Of a DNA stretch of 64,000 nt, positions 61,294 to 64,000 are shown one piece after another. The stretch's first letter is position 1. Each line of letters begins with the position of its first letter. The notes under the pieces were generated by a model. It had not been told where the DNA came from, made no database searches, and was given only the letters and a program-made list of their open reading frames with translations. Origin of the DNA: Polyangiaceae bacterium (GTDB taxonomy: Bacteria > Myxococcota_A > Polyangia > Polyangiales > Polyangiaceae); the NCBI GenBank assembly GCA_965222375.1, contig CBDCTZ010000009.1:320001-384000 (forward strand), in the 5' to 3' direction. The position numbers and the translations under genes were made by a program.

Positions 61294-61422
61294 TGAGGCG
61301 CGCATTGAAAGCGCAGGCTGGCGGCCAAGGCAAGCAACTCGCGCCCGCGCCCGGCCGATAAATGTGCCCACCCCGGCGGGTGGGAATAAATTGGCGTTGA
61401 CGGAGGAGCGCGGGACCAGGGA

Positions 61423-63354
61423 TCAGTCCAGGGACACCAGATTGATGCTCTGGAGGCTGCCGCCTGCGGGGTAAGCGTAGGATGAACACCAATCCGTGCC
61501 CCACACGGTGATGCCGAAGGGGCCGTCGGACCAGGCCTCGTGCCGGCTGGTGATGCAATTGCCCAGGGCCTTGCTGCCGCGAACGAGATCCACGTGGGCG
61601 ACTTCGTACTCGCCGCCGTTGCCGACTGGGGTGAACCCGCCAACTTTGCCCAAGCAGGCGACGTTGACGTCGTGAAACCCCCCGGCGTTTTTCTTTCGAG
61701 TGATGACGAGGTTGGTCGTGGCGTAGGTTGGATCCGTGAAAAACACGTAGCGCTTCAGAAACTGGTCCGGGGGCAGGACGTAGATCCACTCCTCGTCGCC
61801 GATGCCGCAGCTCAGGGGCACGCCAATGGGCAAAGGCATCGTGCCGTCCTTGCGCATCACCGCCGCAAACACGCTACCGGTCATGTATTGCGTCAGATAG
61901 AACGCGTGGCTCTGCCCCTGAGAGCGAACGGAAAAGTATTGCTTCGTGGTGAACTCCGCGACCTGGCCCGCGGAGAGCGAAGTGGGAGCACCCAGGGGTG
62001 GAGCCGGATCCCAACTCAGAGTCGTGCCGTTTTTCACGCCCATGATCCGGTACATGATCGTTTCCGGCGAGAGATTGAACATGCGCGTGACATTGCCGCC
62101 GCCAACGTACTCGGTGCCGATGGCGTCAATGGGTGGAAGCTGCTGATGCGCAGGCTCTTTGCCGCCGTCGATGGACTCCCCTGCGGTCACCCAGAGCTGG
62201 GTATTGCCAGTGAATACCCCGATGGGCTGGGTGGACTTGATCACGGTGCCGGTGGGGTCGCCGAGGAGCCATTGGACTGTCTCACCGGCGCCCAGGCTCA
62301 CGGTCGTGGGCTTTCCCGGCAGTGCCGCTGGCACGTTGAGCCCAGCCGGCAATTGGGACTTGGCCGTGATGGTCACGCTGGTGCCGCTGGCGCTGCCCAC
62401 CAGGGTCAGCCACAGGTTGCCACCGACGATGGGATTGGGATCGATGTCGTGGGGTGCGACGGCCATGTGGCTCGTACCCCAAGCGCTCACCGGAAGCAGC
62501 AAGCTGGCGCTGGGAGAAAAGGTGCGCGCGCCGCCATAGGGCACGATGTCGTAGGCGGTGATGGGTGTATCGCTGCTCAGGCGGAATGCAGTCCCGCGAC
62601 CGCTAGCGAAGACCGCCGTGTCCATGAGCAGCGCAGGTTTGACGGGACACTGCAAAGGGATCCCGGCGTTGTTGGCTTGGGGATCGTGGGACAGGAACAA
62701 GATGGCAACTTCACCCGGGGGCAGGCCCTGGGCGGGGAGCGGCTGATAGGTAGGGTAGGGGATGCTGCCTTTGGGGATCCGCGCAAAGCTCGTGACGTCG
62801 AGCTTCTGCGAGCCGTAGTCCATGTTGAGCTTGGCGTGACGGTTCCAGGCATTGGCCACGAAGATGGCGTGGCACGGTCCGAGCAGTTCCTTGCCTTGCG
62901 AGCCCGGCCAGCCTGCGCCCGTGAAGGGTGGCGTGGGTGCGATGAATTCGCAGCCCACGTTGCCTTTGTTCTTCGTCGCGGCATCACAGGCGGCGATGCA
63001 GTTGCCGTCGAAGCAACCTTTGTCGGGCGCGCAGGTTTCGATCACGTTCCCCGCGTTGTCGACGACGCTTTGCAAGTCCGGTGCGCACTGCCGACCACCG
63101 GAGCCACCGCCGGATCCTCCGCTGCTGGTGCCGCCACTGCCGCCGCTGACGCCGCCACTGCCGCCGCTGACGCCGGCGCCGCTGCCACCGACGCCCGCGG
63201 TGCCGCCGGGGAACCCCCCACCGCCGACGTTGCCGCTGGCTCCGGAGCCCGCGCCGCTACCGCCCGCGCCGCTCCCCGCATCTTCCGAACCCGCGCAGCC
63301 CAACGCAATTGCCGCGACGGACGCGAGCAAGGCGGTGGCGCGAGGAAGGCCCAT
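61423..63354 (-). CDS. IgGFc-binding-domain lipoprotein
   Basis: Lipobox ALGC, Gly linker, SASLLLPVSAWG, C-terminal SYAYPAG. Confidence 0.85.
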   Translation of the reverse strand: MGLPRATALLASVAAIALGCAGSEDAGSGAGGSGAGSGASGNVGGGGFPGGTAGVGGSGAGVSGGSGGVSGGSGGTSSGGSGGGSGGRQCAPDLQSVVDNAGNVIETCAPDKGCFDGNCIAACDAATKNKGNVGCEFIAPTPPFTGAGWPGSQGKELLGPCHAIFVANAWNRHAKLNMDYGSQKLDVTSFARIPKGSIPYPTYQPLPAQGLPPGEVAILFLSHDPQANNAGIPLQCPVKPALLMDTAVFASGRGTAFRLSSDTPITAYDIVPYGGARTFSPSASLLLPVSAWGTSHMAVAPHDIDPNPIVGGNLWLTLVGSASGTSVTITAKSQLPAGLNVPAALPGKPTTVSLGAGETVQWLLGDPTGTVIKSTQPIGVFTGNTQLWVTAGESIDGGKEPAHQQLPPIDAIGTEYVGGGNVTRMFNLSPETIMYRIMGVKNGTTLSWDPAPPLGAPTSLSAGQVAEFTTKQYFSVRSQGQSHAFYLTQYMTGSVFAAVMRKDGTMPLPIGVPLSCGIGDEEWIYVLPPDQFLKRYVFFTDPTYATTNLVITRKKNAGGFHDVNVACLGKVGGFTPVGNGGEYEVAHVDLVRGSKALGNCITSRHEAWSDGPFGITVWGTDWCSSYAYPAGGSLQSINLVSLD

Positions 63355-63376
63355 CCTTGGAGTATATGCTACCGGC

Positions 63377-63883
63377 ATGCGTCTCGTCATCGAGTCGAAG
63401 TGGGACGGCACGCCCGCGCCGGCGCAGGAACACGTCGAACTCGAACTACAGCGCCAGCATGACGGTCTGCTGATACGACTCGACGCACCGTTTTTCGACG
63501 ATCCGCCTCCGCCCCAGGCGGCGGGGTCGACACCGCGGCTGTGGAACTTCGAAGTCGTCGAGTTGATGCTGTTGGGCGCCGCGGAACGCTATTTGGAGCT
63601 GGAGTTCGGGCCGCACGGTCACTACCTCGTGCTCGAACTCTCGGGTCGTCGTGCGGTGGCTAGCTCGAATCGCCGCCTCGACTACAGACCCAGGATCGAA
63701 AAGAAGCGTTTCCGCGCTCACGCTCGACTTCCCCTCGAGTGGCTGCCGCCGCAGTGCGAGCGTGTCAACGCCTTCGCGATTCACGGAGAGGGGGATGAGC
63801 GAAGCTACCTGGCATGGCGTGGGGCTCCCGGACCCCAGCCCGACTTTCACCGCCTCGAGCTATTCGGCCCGCTGCTACTCTGA
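63377..63883 (+). CDS. UPF0462/C4orf33-like protein
   Basis: WDG, APFFDDP, LWNFEVVE, YLELEFGPHG, LSGRR, NAFAIHG, PDFHRL match motifs I recall from eukaryotic C4orf33. Confidence 0.75.
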   Translation: MRLVIESKWDGTPAPAQEHVELELQRQHDGLLIRLDAPFFDDPPPPQAAGSTPRLWNFEVVELMLLGAAERYLELEFGPHGHYLVLELSGRRAVASSNRRLDYRPRIEKKRFRAHARLPLEWLPPQCERVNAFAIHGEGDERSYLAWRGAPGPQPDFHRLELFGPLLL

Positions 63884-64000
63884 GCCGCGCGCCTACTCGC
63901 GGCCCAAACCCGTGATTCGGTGGGGATTCGCGGGCGGCGCGGGGGTGTAAGCGCCCAGGCGCCGAGGCCGTTGTACTCAAAACCCTGGGGATCTCTGATC

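Overview
High-GC bacterial window, most likely from a myxobacterium of the Polyangiaceae type. This is an inference from the many Ser/Thr kinase, VIT/vWA, IgGFc-binding and Gly-linker lipoprotein genes. (1) 1-8375 is a translationally coupled four-gene operon: a membrane Ser/Thr kinase; a pseudokinase-TM-pentaheme cytochrome c; a 2x cNMP-binding/four-cluster Fe-S/di-heme-b-like membrane protein; and a tetraheme cytochrome c/ferredoxin/circularly permuted TrxR-like flavoprotein. It looks like a signal-gated transmembrane electron conduit and is the best candidate for an undescribed system. It is followed by two vWA/VIT genes. (2) 15.3-33.6 kb is mostly housekeeping: serA-like, rimP-nusA-ylxR/L7Ae-infB-DUF503-rbfA with a leader hairpin, OmpA, ABC ATPase, MOP flippase, DUF302, a stand-alone MshEN protein, YafJ-like and DUF3347. 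(3) tRNA-Asn is followed by about 3.4 kb of decayed DNA (tandem repeat, frameshifted XRE regulator, gene fragments). (4) 37-55 kb is a patchwork of redox/detox genes with LysR/TetR regulators, including a ketopantoate reductase/beta-lactamase-family fusion. (5) 55-64 kb holds a PerR-like regulator and catalase with clear 7-1-7 operator boxes, CAP and CDGSH proteins, a TerB-PPP phosphatase fusion, a RibD-C/DHFR protein, an IgGFc-binding lipoprotein and an apparent homolog of eukaryotic C4orf33/UPF0462. All family calls come from motif recognition by eye; no searches were run.
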